A stretch of 64,000 nt of DNA from Alphaproteobacteria bacterium (GCA_965232515.1 CBDDPY010000002.1:6711573-6775572); one strand, 5' to 3'. Shown: positions 48,381-61,943, counted from the first letter of the stretch. The notes: generated from the sequence alone by a model not told the origin. A program made the numbers and translations.

Positions 48381-48884
48381 ATGACCGACGCCGCGCGTTT
48401 CAGGATCGTCCACTTGATGGAACGGCCGCAGGCCGCGGCAACGCTCGAGCGTTGGTTCATCGAAGAATGGACGCCTTGGTATGGCCCCGACGGGCAGGGC
48501 GATGCGGCAGCCGATCTTGCCGCCTGCGCCGCCCGGGACACGCTGCCGATCTGCCTCGTCGCAGTCGGCCGCGGTGGCGACGTGCTCGGCACGGCTGCCC
48601 TCAAGGCCGAGTCGGTCGGCAGCGACAGCGCGCCCGGCCCCTGGCTCGCGGCGCTCCTGGTGGGTCGACCGTATCGTGGACGCGGCGTTGCAACGGCGCT
48701 GGTGGCGTCGATCGCGGTCGAGGCGCGGCGACTGGGCTTTGACGCGATCTACACCTCGACCGACAGCGCGGCTGATATCATGCAACGCCAAGGCTGGCAG
48801 GCTTGCGGCGAAGCCGAGTCGCTCAGAGGGACGATCAGCGTATTTCGCCGCGATCTAGGTACTTGGTCGGCTTCCGGTGCTTGA
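48381..48884 (+). CDS. GNAT-family N-acetyltransferase
   Basis: RGRGVATALVASI acetyl-CoA binding motif. Confidence 0.6.
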   Translation: MTDAARFRIVHLMERPQAAATLERWFIEEWTPWYGPDGQGDAAADLAACAARDTLPICLVAVGRGGDVLGTAALKAESVGSDSAPGPWLAALLVGRPYRGRGVATALVASIAVEARRLGFDAIYTSTDSAADIMQRQGWQACGEAESLRGTISVFRRDLGTWSASGA

Positions 48885-48942
48885 ATCCGGTGGCGATGCT
48901 GTATCCTGTCGGCCCCATATCCAGGCACAGACGAGGTAAGAG

Positions 48943-49575
48943 ATGGCAGAGATCGAGTACTTCTATTCCGCCCATTCGGCCTTTGCCTATCTCGGCTCGG
49001 CCCGGTTCATGGCGATCGCCGAGGCGGCCGGCCGCACAATCGTGCATCGGCCATACGATCTGCGCCAAGGAGTCGCCGAATGCGGCTCGGTACCGTTCGG
49101 CAAACGCACGCCGGCGCATATCGACTATTTCTTCGGCCGCGAGATCGTGCGCTGGGGCGAAATCCGCGGCGCGGCGCTGATGGACGGCATGCCCACCCAT
49201 CACATGAAGGACATGACCTTGCCGAACGCCGTGTTGATTGCGGCCATTCAACAGGGACTGAACGTTGATCGGCTGGCCCACGTGATGCTGGAGTCGCACT
49301 GGCGCGACGATGCCGATCTGGTCGACGAGCCGACGCTCTCGCGGCTCTGCCGGGAATGTGATATCGACCCGGCGCCGTTGCTCGAAGCCGCTGGTACGCC
49401 CGAGATCCTCGCCATCTATGCGGCGAACACCGAGGAAGCGATCGCCCGCTCGGTCTTCGGCTCGCCGACCTATTTCGTGGATGGCGACATGTTCTACGGT
49501 CAGGACCGGCTGGAGATGGTCGAGCGCGCCCTGCATCAGCCGTTTGCCGGAACCTGGCCGCCGGCGGCCGCCTGA
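48943..49575 (+). CDS. 2-hydroxychromene-2-carboxylate isomerase family (DsbA-like thioredoxin fold)
   Basis: IEYFYSAHSAFAY and FGSPTYFVDGDMFYGQDRLEMV. Confidence 0.7.
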   Translation: MAEIEYFYSAHSAFAYLGSARFMAIAEAAGRTIVHRPYDLRQGVAECGSVPFGKRTPAHIDYFFGREIVRWGEIRGAALMDGMPTHHMKDMTLPNAVLIAAIQQGLNVDRLAHVMLESHWRDDADLVDEPTLSRLCRECDIDPAPLLEAAGTPEILAIYAANTEEAIARSVFGSPTYFVDGDMFYGQDRLEMVERALHQPFAGTWPPAAA

Positions 49576-49739
49576 ACGGCACGCGCCAATTTTCTTTACG
49601 CGGCCTGGAGCGGGGCTGGTAGAATAGCGCTACCGGATGCCGCCCACCGGCAGGTGTGGCGGTTTCGTCCGGTGGAATTCGCCATCAAGAACAGATCCCA
49701 TGCATGGGCCTCGATCCGAGTCGCCGGGCGGCGTCTCCA

Positions 49740-50968
49740 TGACGCCGCGACACGCCAGTTCTCCGGAGTCGGCATACGCCTGGTGGCGGCTGCTCGCTGC
49801 GGTGCTGATCAGCACGATCGGCGGCGTCGGCATGTGGTCGTCCGTCGTGGCCCTGCCGTCGGTGCAGGCTGAGTTCGACGCCGCGCGCGGCGATGCCGCG
49901 CTGCCCTACACGTTCACGATGATCGGTATCGCCGTCGGCAGCGTCGTCATGGGCCGTGTCGCGGATCGTTTCGGCGTCGTGGTGCCGGTGATCGGCGCGG
50001 CCTTCGCCCTCTGCGTGGGCTATGTCGCGGCTGCGTTCGCGACCGACCTCTGGCAGTTCGCCATCGTGCATGGCCTGTTGATCGCGCTGTTCGGCAGCGC
50101 CGCCACCTTCGCGCCCCTGATCGCCGATACCTCGCATTGGTTCATCCGTCGGCGCGGTATCGCGGTCGCGATCTGCGCTTCCGGCAGCTATCTCGCCGGC
50201 GCTTTCTGGCCGCCGGTGATCCAGTCCGTCATCGACATCGTCGGTTGGCGACAGGCCCATATGGGCATTGGCATCTTCTGCGCCGTGACCATTCTGCCGC
50301 TGGCGCTGGCGTTGCGCCGACCGCCGCCGGTGCTGGCCGACGCGGCCGATTTGGCCGGCGGCAGCCGTCCGCGCGGCACGCCCGGCCTGCCGCCGGCGGT
50401 GCTGCAAGCGCTTCTGGTGGTCGCCGGCGTCGCCTGCTGCGTCGCCATGTCGATGCCGCAGGTGCATATCGTCGCCTACTGCGTTGACCTCGGCTATGGC
50501 GCGGCGCGCGGCGCCGAAATGCTGTCCCTGATGTTGGGCTTCGGCATCGTCAGCCGCCTGGCGTCCGGCTGGATCGCCGATCGTATCGGCGGTCTGCCGA
50601 CCCTGTTGCTGGGCTCGGTGCTGCAGGCGACGGCGTTGATCCTCTACCTGCCGTTCGACGGCCTGTATGCGCTCTACATGGTGGCGGCGCTGTTCGGGCT
50701 GTTCCAGGGTGGCATCGTGCCGAGCTACGCCATTGTCGTGCGGGAGTATTTCCCGGCGTCGGAAGCCGGCGCCCGCGTCGGACTGGTCTTGACCGCGACG
50801 GTTGTCGGCATGGCCTTCGGCGGCTGGATGACCGGCGCGATCTTCGATCTGACCGGCAGCTACCGGACCGCCTTCCTGAACGGTATCGCCTGGAACGTCC
50901 TCAACATGGCGATCGCCACCTGGCTACTGTTCCGCACGCTGCGGCCGCGGGCGTCGATGGCGCTTTGA
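49740..50968 (+). CDS. MFS transporter
   Basis: 12 TM helices with G(R/K)(V/I)ADR(F/I)G motifs. Start at MTPRHAS. Confidence 0.75.
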
Positions 50969-51007
50969 GATGCCGGCGGCTGCGATGGTTGCGAGGCGTA
51001 TTCTCTG

Positions 51008-51529
51008 TCAGGGCATGTCCTGCGTGCCGAAGGCAGTGCAGATAAGCAGGCGGTCGACCTGCTCGCCATCGGTCGACAGCGGCATATCGAGGCTTTCGGT
51101 TCGCAGATAGGTCTTGTTGACAAAATGGGCGGTGCCCAGATTGCGGAGGGGCCGTCGGTTTTCAATCACCCAGGACGGTCCCAGACTGAGCTCGTGCATC
51201 GCGCGGCTGTCGTAGATTTCGTCCCAATACCGCCCGGTGCTGTCACGGCCCAGGGTTTCGGTGATGTAGGTGCCGATCAGCCGCCACCGATATCGACGTC
51301 TGGGCTGATATTCGATATCCAGAAGCAAGATATGCGGCAGCAATCGGACGGGAAATTTGAGTGGATCGATATCGGTCGGGGCCGGCATCGGCCGTTTGCC
51401 CCTCAAGTCGTTCCAGACCTTCAGCCCGTCGTGCAGAAGCGGATGCTGAATATTCAGGTCGGGATCGAGCTCGTATTCGATGGTGCCGAAGAAAGAACTC
51501 TGGCCGACAGATTGATCGCCGGGATTCAT
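51008..51529 (-). CDS. Small PAS-like domain protein (alphaproteobacterial PAS_5-type)
   Basis: LKVWNDLRGKRPMPAPTDIDPLKFPVRLLPHILLLDIEY. Confidence 0.5.
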   Translation of the reverse strand: MNPGDQSVGQSSFFGTIEYELDPDLNIQHPLLHDGLKVWNDLRGKRPMPAPTDIDPLKFPVRLLPHILLLDIEYQPRRRYRWRLIGTYITETLGRDSTGRYWDEIYDSRAMHELSLGPSWVIENRRPLRNLGTAHFVNKTYLRTESLDMPLSTDGEQVDRLLICTAFGTQDMP

Positions 51530-51580
51530 GAAATTCCAATTCAGGTCCGTCACGGCGGCGGTGGCAGCGACGGTGTGCAC

Positions 51581-51859
51581 TTAGTGTAATCGGAACTCGC
51601 CGTCGATCGCACGGAATTCGCTGGGCTTGATCAATTCGGCGGTGGCGAGCTTTACGGAATGCAGCCGGCCGTCGAGATTGGCTTCCCAGAAATCCAGGAA
51701 CCTGGTCAGCACCGGATATTTCGGCGCCACGTCATAGTCCTGCCAGATATAGGATTGCAGCAGGCTCGGATGGTCTGGCAGATGGTAGAGGATTTCGGCT
51801 GTCGCCAGACGATAGCCCATGAGCTGCAGTTCGATGGCCGTCGAGCTTGTCACGGTCAT
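51581..51859 (-). CDS. Usg-family protein
   Basis: LMGYRLATAEILYHLPDHPSLLQSYIWQDYDVAPKYP...LHSVKLA. Confidence 0.5.
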   Translation of the reverse strand: MTVTSSTAIELQLMGYRLATAEILYHLPDHPSLLQSYIWQDYDVAPKYPVLTRFLDFWEANLDGRLHSVKLATAELIKPSEFRAIDGEFRLH

Positions 51860-52006
51860 GTTCACTACCCTCCTCTGAACGCGCCACATGGCCAAAAGTT
51901 TGGCCCATGCGTGGCCCGATCCTCAACCAGAATAGAGTGGGAAGGTTAATAAAATCAGTCTGTTAGCAGCACTCGTCGCCGGCTGCCAATTTTCTCCGGT
52001 CCGGCG

Positions 52007-52035
52007 CTTGACAGGAATATGCAGCCCCCATATAT
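52007..52035 (+). promoter_or_regulatory. Sigma-32-type heat-shock promoter of groESL
   Basis: CTTGACA - 12/13 nt - CCCCATATAT, matching the CTTGAAA-N13-14-CCCCATNT consensus. Confidence 0.45.
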
Positions 52036-52048
52036 CCGTCGCCGTAGA

Positions 52049-52075
52049 CTGGCACTGTCTTTGTTAGAGTGCCAG
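52049..52075 (+). promoter_or_regulatory. CIRCE (HrcA operator) inverted repeat
   Basis: CTGGCACTG-tctttgtta-GAGTGCCAG against the consensus TTAGCACTC-N9-GAGTGCTAA. Located between the promoter and groES. Confidence 0.6.
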
Positions 52076-52136
52076 GCCGCGTTTCCCCATATTTCAGCGC
52101 GCGGAATGGCCGTGCGCGAGACAGGAGGTTCAGCTG

Positions 52137-52454
52137 ATGAAATTCAGGCCGTTGCACGACCGGGTCGTAGTTCGCCGCGTCGAGGAAGACGAGCGGACGG
52201 CCGGCGGCATTATCGTCCCCGACACCGCAAAAGAAAAGCCGATGCAGGGCGAGGTTGTTTCCGTCGGCCCCGGCGCCCGTAACGAGAAGGGCGAGATCGT
52301 GGCGTTGGATGTCAAGGCCGGCGACCGTGTGCTGTTCGGCAAGTGGTCGGGCACCGAGGTCAAGATGGACGGCGAAGAGCTGTTGATCATGAAGGAATCC
52401 GATGTGATGGCCATTATCGAGGTCAAGAAGGCCTCGAAGAAGAAGGCCGCCTAG
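52137..52454 (+). CDS. groES: Co-chaperonin GroES
   Basis: [14 protein letters not shown]...[13 protein letters not shown]. Confidence 0.95.
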   Translation: MKFRPLHDRVVVRRVEEDERTAGGIIVPDTAKEKPMQGEVVSVGPGARNEKGEIVALDVKAGDRVLFGKWSGTEVKMDGEELLIMKESDVMAIIEVKKASKKKAA

Positions 52455-54104
<1,650 letters not shown>

Positions 54105-54130
54105 TCCATCCCGGACAGATCATCTACAAA

Positions 54131-54160
54131 GGGCCGCGCCCCCGCGCGGCCCTTTTTCTT
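54131..54160 (+). terminator. Rho-independent terminator after groEL
   Basis: GGGCCGCGCccccGCGCGGCCC followed by TTTTTCTTT. Confidence 0.55.
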
Positions 54161-54266
54161 TGGGTCATAACGGTCATGAAACGATCACGGCGACGTCACG
54201 CGGGTGCAATTTGCGATGGTTAACGCTTGCGTCCTGGGACAAGCTTTAACGCAGGGGGCAACCGAT

Positions 54267-55853
54267 ATGCCAAATCAGCGAACCAGGTTACATGTCAGCC
54301 GCCGGAAGCTGTTGGGCGGCGCGGCCGCAACGGCAGGTCTTGTCGGCAGCGGCCTGATCGGCATGCCGGCGATCGCGCGGGCCGGGCGGCCGGTGATTAC
54401 GCACGGCGTGCAGACCGGCGACGTCACGCAGTCGCGGGCGATCATCTGGTCGCGGGCCGACCGGCCGTCGCGCATGATCGTCGAGGTCGCGGCCACCGAA
54501 TCGTTCAACAATCCGCGCCGCATCGTCGGGCCGGCGGCGTTGGAGGCGTCCGACTTCGCCACAAAGATCGACCTGACCGGCCTGCCGGCGGGCGAGGACG
54601 TGTTCTATCGGGTGAGCTACCAGAACCTGAGCGATCTCGCGGCGACGAGCGAGCCGGTGGTCGGCCGGCTGCGCACGGCGCCGGGGGACCGGCGCGACAT
54701 CAATTTCGTCTGGACCGGCGACACGGCCGGGCAGGGCTGGGGCATCGACGAAGCCTGGGGCGGGATGAAAGGTTACGCGACCATGCGCGGCCAACACCCT
54801 GATTTCTTTATTCATTCCGGCGATACGATTTATGCCGACAATCCGATTGAGGCGGAAGTCCAGATGCCCGACGGCGGCGTCTGGAAGAACGTGATTATCG
54901 AGGAAAAGGCCAAGGTCGCCGAGACGCTGCACGAGTTCCGCGGCAACTACAAATACAACCTGCTGGACGAACACGTGCGCGCCTTCAACGCCGAGGTGCC
55001 GTTCTATGCGCAGTGGGACGACCACGAGACGGTCAACAACTGGTATCCGAACGAAATCCTGAACGACGACCGCTATCAGGTTAAGAACGTTGCGCTTTTG
55101 GCCGCGCGTGCGAACCGGGCGTTCCACGAGTTCATGCCCACGCGGCAGTTCGCGCACGACCGCGAGCGGATCTACCGCAAGATCCACTACGGGCCGCTGC
55201 TGGACATCTTCTTCCTGGATATGCGCAGCTACCGCGGCGACAACGGGCCGAACAACCAGGCGACGCCCGGCCCGGAGACGGCGTTCCTGGGCGCGGAACA
55301 GATCCGCTGGCTGAAGCGGGAACTGCTGGCGAGTCGGGCGACCTGGAAGGTGATCGCGTCCGACATGCCGCTTGGCCTGATCGTCTACGACAATTGGCGT
55401 GAGAAGAACACATTCGAAAACGGCGCCAACGGCGACGGCCCGGTGCGCGGCCGCGAGCACGAAATTGCCGACTTGCTGCGCTTTATGATGCACAACGATG
55501 TGCACAATATCGTCTTTTTGACAGCCGACGTGCACTATACTGCAGCTCACTATTACGACCCGGCGAAAGCCCAGTTCGGCGACTTCATGCCGTTCTGGGA
55601 ATTCGTTTCGGGACCGATCCATGCCGGCTCGTTCGGGCCGGGCGACATGGACAACACCTTCGGGCCGCAGGTGATGTATCAGAAGTCGCCGGAGGGTAAA
55701 CCGAACCTGCCGCCGTCGGACGGGCTGCAGTTTTTCGGAAAGGTCCGCATCGACGGACAGTCGGGCGTGATGACGGTCGGACTGAAGGACATCGCCGACG
55801 AGGTACTCTACAGCGTCGACCTGACGCCGAAGACCGGCGCGTCACCGGCCTAG
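54267..55853 (+). CDS. PhoD-family alkaline phosphatase/phosphodiesterase with Tat signal
   Basis: SRRKLLGGAAATAGL twin-arginine signal. HSGDTIYAD and WDDHE metallophosphatase motifs. Confidence 0.8.
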   Translation: MPNQRTRLHVSRRKLLGGAAATAGLVGSGLIGMPAIARAGRPVITHGVQTGDVTQSRAIIWSRADRPSRMIVEVAATESFNNPRRIVGPAALEASDFATKIDLTGLPAGEDVFYRVSYQNLSDLAATSEPVVGRLRTAPGDRRDINFVWTGDTAGQGWGIDEAWGGMKGYATMRGQHPDFFIHSGDTIYADNPIEAEVQMPDGGVWKNVIIEEKAKVAETLHEFRGNYKYNLLDEHVRAFNAEVPFYAQWDDHETVNNWYPNEILNDDRYQVKNVALLAARANRAFHEFMPTRQFAHDRERIYRKIHYGPLLDIFFLDMRSYRGDNGPNNQATPGPETAFLGAEQIRWLKRELLASRATWKVIASDMPLGLIVYDNWREKNTFENGANGDGPVRGREHEIADLLRFMMHNDVHNIVFLTADVHYTAAHYYDPAKAQFGDFMPFWEFVSGPIHAGSFGPGDMDNTFGPQVMYQKSPEGKPNLPPSDGLQFFGKVRIDGQSGVMTVGLKDIADEVLYSVDLTPKTGASPA

Positions 55854-55972
55854 ACGCCGATACCGGCTTGGCATTATGACTCCATGACGGGGTGGCCGTT
55901 GGCCGTCCCGCATGGGGCCATACTGCCGGCCACGCCGAACAGGGCGGCGGGCCGCCAAGAAGCGGGACTTGC

Positions 55973-57556
<1,584 letters not shown>

Positions 57557-57914
57557 CATGTTGCAGAAAAGGAGCGCGACACCGACGACCATCCTTCGAG
57601 ACGCGTCCCTTCGGGCCGCTCCTCAGGATGAGGAAGCTCTTGATTGCGAGGCGCTGTTCTCATGCCCGGAGCAAGGCACCCCCACGTCGTCATTGCCGGA
57701 CTTGATCCGGCAATCCAGGCAGCACTTGCCCCACGCGTCCTTCTGGATCACCGGGTCAGGCCCGGTGATGACAAGGGAGGGGTGGCCGACCGATGGAATT
57801 CGAACAACACGTTTTGAGTCGGACACTCAGGACGAGGGGGCTCTTGTCTGCAACGGGTGGTCCTCATGCTGAGGAGCGGCGGAGCCGCGTCTCGAAGCAT
57901 GGCTGCCCCGGGGC

Positions 57915-59012
57915 GTGGCCATGTTGCCTAGGCTGGAAGCGCGGGGGGCGGCCTCGCAGGTTTGGGTGTATCTGACGCCGCTGCTGGCGGTGGGGCTGAC
58001 GCTCGTCGCGGGGTTCGTGTTGTTCCTGGCGCTCGGCTTCGATGCCGCAAATGCGCTCTACATCTTTTTCGTGAAGCCCGTCAGCAGCGCCTATGGCGTC
58101 GGCGAGCTGCTGGTGAAGGCGGCGCCGCTCTGCCTCTGCGCGGTCGGGCTCGCGATCGGCTTCCGGGCGAACGTCTGGAACATCGGCGCCGACGGGCAGT
58201 TGACGCTGGGCGCGATCTGCGGCGGCGGGCTGGCGCTCGCCTTCTACGGCAACGAGGGGTTCTGGCTGCTGCCGCTGATGGTGGTCGGCGGCGTGCTGGG
58301 CGGCATGGCCTGGGCAGCGATCCCGGCGTTTTTGCGCACGCGCTACAACGCCAACGAGATCCTGGTCAGCCTGATGCTGACCTACGTGGCGACGCTGTTC
58401 CTGAGCTATCTGGTGCATGGGCCCTGGCGCTCGCCGGAGGGCTACAACTTCCCGGAAAGCCGGCTTTTCAACGACCCCGCCATCCTGCCGATCCTGTGGT
58501 CGGGCACGCGCGCGCATCTGGGCGTGCTGTTCGCGCTGCTGGCCGTGATCGCCGGCTGGATCCTGCTTGCGCGCACGTTCGTCGGCTTCCAGATCAAGGT
58601 CGTCGGCCTGACGCCGGCCGCGGCCGGCTACGCCGGTTTCAGCCAGAAGCGGCTGATCTGGTTCTCGCTGCTGTTGAGCGGCGGGCTCGCGGGCCTCGCC
58701 GGCCTGGGCGAGGTGGCGGGGCCGATCGGCCAGCTCTTGCCGTCGGTGTCGCCGGGCTACGGCTTCACCGCCATCATCGTCGCCTTCCTCGGCCGCCTGC
58801 ATCCCGTCGGCATCTTGCTGGCTTCGTTGTTGATGGCCTTGTCGTACTTGGGCGGCGAGGCGGTGCAGATCGAGGTCGGCCTGCCGCTCGCCGTCACCGG
58901 CGTGTTCCAGGGCATGCTGCTGTTCTTCCTGCTGGCCTGCGACGTGCTGATTCGATATCGCGTGCGCTTCGGCGCGCCGGCCGCCGTCACGGCGCAGAGG
59001 CCCGCTCACTGA
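57915..59012 (+). CDS. ABC transporter permease (BMP/nucleoside-system permease)
   Basis: Polytopic. Follows the tandem ATPase. Confidence 0.8.
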   Translation: MAMLPRLEARGAASQVWVYLTPLLAVGLTLVAGFVLFLALGFDAANALYIFFVKPVSSAYGVGELLVKAAPLCLCAVGLAIGFRANVWNIGADGQLTLGAICGGGLALAFYGNEGFWLLPLMVVGGVLGGMAWAAIPAFLRTRYNANEILVSLMLTYVATLFLSYLVHGPWRSPEGYNFPESRLFNDPAILPILWSGTRAHLGVLFALLAVIAGWILLARTFVGFQIKVVGLTPAAAGYAGFSQKRLIWFSLLLSGGLAGLAGLGEVAGPIGQLLPSVSPGYGFTAIIVAFLGRLHPVGILLASLLMALSYLGGEAVQIEVGLPLAVTGVFQGMLLFFLLACDVLIRYRVRFGAPAAVTAQRPAH

Positions 59013-59941
59013 TGGGCGGGCTCGACACCACGGCGGCCGTGCTGATTACCGTGGTCGGTGCGGCGACGCCGTTGCTGTTCGCGGCCTTGGGCGAGCTGGT
59101 GACCGAGAAGTCGGGCGTTTTGAACCTGGGCGTCGAGGGCATGATGCTGGTCGGCGCCGTCGCCGGCTTCGCCACCGCCATCGGCAGCGGCAGCATTGTG
59201 CTGGCGATCGTCGTCGCCGCGCTCGCCGGGGCCGGCATGGCGCTGCTGTTCGGTGTTTTGACGCTGACGCTGCTGGCGAACCAGGTGGCGACCGGGCTGG
59301 CGCTGACCATGTTCGGCATCGGCTTGAGCTCGCTGATCGGCCAGGACTTCGTCGGCACGCCGCTGCCGGGTCTCGACAAGCTCTACATTCCCGGCCTGAC
59401 CGATCTGCCGGTGATCGGCCCGCTGCTGTTCGGGCAGGACGCGCTGGTCTATCTGTCGTTCGCGGCCGTGCTGGGCGTGAGCTGGTTCCTCTACCGCTCG
59501 CGGGGCGGGCTGGTGCTCAGGGCGGTAGGCGAGAACCACGACGCGGCGCACGCCATCGGCTATCCCGTCGTGCGCATCCGCTATCTCGCAGTGCTGTTCG
59601 GCGGCGCCATGAGCGGGCTTGCCGGCGGGTACCTGTCCTTGGCCTATACGCCGATGTGGGCCGAGAACATGACCGCCGGCCGCGGCTGGATCGCGCTGGC
59701 GCTGGTGGTGTTCGCGACCTGGAAGCCGGGCCGGGTGCTGCTGGGCGCCTATCTGTTCGGCGGTGTCACCATCCTGCAGCTCCACGTCCAGGGCTTCGGC
59801 ATCGCCGCGCCGTCGCAGCTGTTGTCGATGCTGCCGTATGTGGCGACGATCCTGGTGCTGGTGCTGATATCGCGCGATAGTATCCGTATCCGGTTGAACG
59901 CGCCGGCGGCGATCGGCAAGGTGTTCCATCCCGACGCCTGA
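59012..59941 (+). CDS. ABC transporter permease
   Basis: Polytopic. ATGA overlap with the upstream permease. Confidence 0.8.
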   Translation: MGGLDTTAAVLITVVGAATPLLFAALGELVTEKSGVLNLGVEGMMLVGAVAGFATAIGSGSIVLAIVVAALAGAGMALLFGVLTLTLLANQVATGLALTMFGIGLSSLIGQDFVGTPLPGLDKLYIPGLTDLPVIGPLLFGQDALVYLSFAAVLGVSWFLYRSRGGLVLRAVGENHDAAHAIGYPVVRIRYLAVLFGGAMSGLAGGYLSLAYTPMWAENMTAGRGWIALALVVFATWKPGRVLLGAYLFGGVTILQLHVQGFGIAAPSQLLSMLPYVATILVLVLISRDSIRIRLNAPAAIGKVFHPDA

Positions 59942-59992
59942 CCGGCGTCGATCGATTCAAACAACGAGTGAAGTTGGCAAGGAGGCTTTGAT

Positions 59993-61084
59993 ATGGGGAA
60001 AAGATGGTTCGGGGGTGTGCTGGCGGCGGCGATGGCCGCGGTTGGCCTGCTGTTCGGCGGCGCGGCGCAGGCCGACGGCCATGAGCAGCTGAAGGTCGGC
60101 TTCGTTTATGTCGGGCCGATCGGCGACCACGGCTGGACCTACCGGCATGACAAGGGCCGGCAGGCGATCGAGGCGGCGCTCGGCGACAAGGTCGAGACCA
60201 CCTATGTCGAGAGCGTGGCCGAAGGCGCGGATGCCGAGCGCGTGATCCGGCAGCTCGCGGCGAGCGGCCACAAGCTGATCTTCACCACCTCGTTCGGCTT
60301 CATGAACCCGACGGTGAAGGTGGCGAAGGCCTTCCCCGACGTGCGCTTCGAGCACGCCACCGGCTACAAGCGGGCCGACAATGTCAGCACCTATATGGCG
60401 CGGTTCTACGAGGGCCGGCACATCGCCGGGCTGATCGCCGGCAACATGACCAAGTCGGGCACCATCGGCTATATCGGCTCGTTCCCGATACCCGAAGTCG
60501 TGCGCGGCATCAACGCCTTTACCATCGCGCTGCGCAGCGTGCGGCCGGACGCGGAAGTGAAGGTGGTCTGGGTCAACAGCTGGTACGACCCGGGCAAGGA
60601 AGGCGACGCGGCGAAGGCGCTGATCGACCAGGGCGCCGACGTGATCCTGCAGCACACGGACTCGCCGGCGCCGATCCAGGCGGCGCAGGAGCGCGGCGTC
60701 TGGGCCGTGGGCCAGGCGTCCGATATGTCGAAGTTCGGGCCGAAGTCGCACCTGACCGCCATCATCGACGACTGGGACGGTTACTACGTTCAGCGCGCGA
60801 AAGACGTGATGGCCGGCAGCTGGGCCTCGGGCGACACCTGGGGCGGCTTGGACACCGGCATGGTCCGGATGTCGGACTACAATTCGGCGATCCCGGCCGA
60901 CGTCGTCGCCATCGCCAAGAAGGCCGAGGCCGACATCAAGTCCGGCGCGATCCACCCCTTCCAGGGCCCGATCCGCAACCAGGCCGGCGAGCTCGTCGTC
61001 GCCGAAGGCGAACGCCTCGACGACGGCAAGCTCCTGTCCATGGACTGGTACGTCGAAGGCGTCCAGGGCAAGCTGCCGAAGTAG
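59993..61084 (+). CDS. BMP-family ABC transporter substrate-binding lipoprotein (PnrA/purine-nucleoside-binding-like)
   Basis: Signal peptide, then KVGFVYVGPIGDHGWTYRHD...GTIGYIGSFPIPEV. Confidence 0.85.
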   Translation: MGKRWFGGVLAAAMAAVGLLFGGAAQADGHEQLKVGFVYVGPIGDHGWTYRHDKGRQAIEAALGDKVETTYVESVAEGADAERVIRQLAASGHKLIFTTSFGFMNPTVKVAKAFPDVRFEHATGYKRADNVSTYMARFYEGRHIAGLIAGNMTKSGTIGYIGSFPIPEVVRGINAFTIALRSVRPDAEVKVVWVNSWYDPGKEGDAAKALIDQGADVILQHTDSPAPIQAAQERGVWAVGQASDMSKFGPKSHLTAIIDDWDGYYVQRAKDVMAGSWASGDTWGGLDTGMVRMSDYNSAIPADVVAIAKKAEADIKSGAIHPFQGPIRNQAGELVVAEGERLDDGKLLSMDWYVEGVQGKLPK

Positions 61085-61114
61085 CGCTTGGCCGTAAGGT
61101 AACGAACGAGATCA

Positions 61115-61146
61115 CCCCGGCGGTGCTAAGCCGCCGGGTTTTTTCC
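61115..61146 (+). terminator. Rho-independent terminator after the ABC operon
   Basis: CCCCGGCGG-tgctaag-CCGCCGGG followed by TTTTTT. Confidence 0.6.
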
Positions 61147-61334
61147 CGGTCTGTTTGCCGAATCAACTTCCGATTTCGGCAGCCGCCGTCTCTGTTTTTG
61201 TTGATGACGTCAGAACTGTTTTAGGGTCTGAGTGTGACCGGCGGGTGTTGGTGTCCCAACTCCAGCGGGGCGGTGTATAACCTACATTTTATTTTCTTTT
61301 TGGTTGGGCCTTGCCTAGTTCCCGGAGATAGACA

Positions 61335-61916
61335 GTGTGCAGAATTTTCGTCGCTTTGGCCGCGGCAGCTTTTGCTTTTTTGTTCATACAAAGCCCACGG
61401 GCGCAATTCATCGAACCCATGCCAAAAATCACGCCCGGTAGCTGCAGCTATCACTCATCATTGGTTTCAATGTTGGCGAGAATTTTAGGAGCCACCATCG
61501 TTTGGAGGGGGCGTCAGAAACAGAACGGTGAATCCATCGTCGAATACGAACTCTACAACTCAGACCAGGGTTGGGCTTTGGTCCGCCATTATCCAGGCAC
61601 AACTGGGCGGCGCGCAAAGGGATGTGTGTTGGACTTCGGCAGATATCGCACCATAGACGCGGAGAGGAAAGAGGGTCGGGATATTGGTTGTGTTCCTGAT
61701 CTTGGGTACGCCGCCATTTTGAAAGACCTCGCCGGCATCACTTTACGTTGGGCGGGCCTGAATTCCAGAGGGACACATATGTACGCATTGTACGTGGACC
61801 GGCGAGGTCGATGGGCGTTGCGTCTGCCAACACTCGGGCGTTCGTCTGCTCTTTCGAATGACTGGGAATGTTCGGCGGAGGTTGGATACGGCTCAACGGA
61901 AGTTTCTAGGTTCTGA
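61335..61916 (+). CDS. Secreted hypothetical protein in low-GC islet
   Basis: Signal peptide MCRIFVALAAAAFAFLF. Cys-containing, no known motif. GC content is well below its neighbours. Confidence 0.4.
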   Translation: MCRIFVALAAAAFAFLFIQSPRAQFIEPMPKITPGSCSYHSSLVSMLARILGATIVWRGRQKQNGESIVEYELYNSDQGWALVRHYPGTTGRRAKGCVLDFGRYRTIDAERKEGRDIGCVPDLGYAAILKDLAGITLRWAGLNSRGTHMYALYVDRRGRWALRLPTLGRSSALSNDWECSAEVGYGSTEVSRF

Positions 61917-61929
61917 ATTTTGGAGTTTG

Positions 61930-61943
61930 GATTACGGTGACAG
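61930..61943 (+). repeat. 14-bp direct repeat GATTACGGTGACAG (copy 1)
   Basis: Identical 14-mer recurs at 62803-62816. A partial third copy AATTACGGTGA lies at 62742-62752. Confidence 0.4.

Noticed and set aside
54288-55622. 444-aa minus-strand ORF opposite phoD
   Set aside because: Antisense artefact. The plus strand has a Tat signal and metallophosphatase motifs.
57962-59941. 659-aa ORF across both BMP-system permease genes
   Set aside because: The first two thirds are an out-of-frame read of permease 1. The real second permease starts at 59012 (MGGLDTT) with a TGATG overlap.
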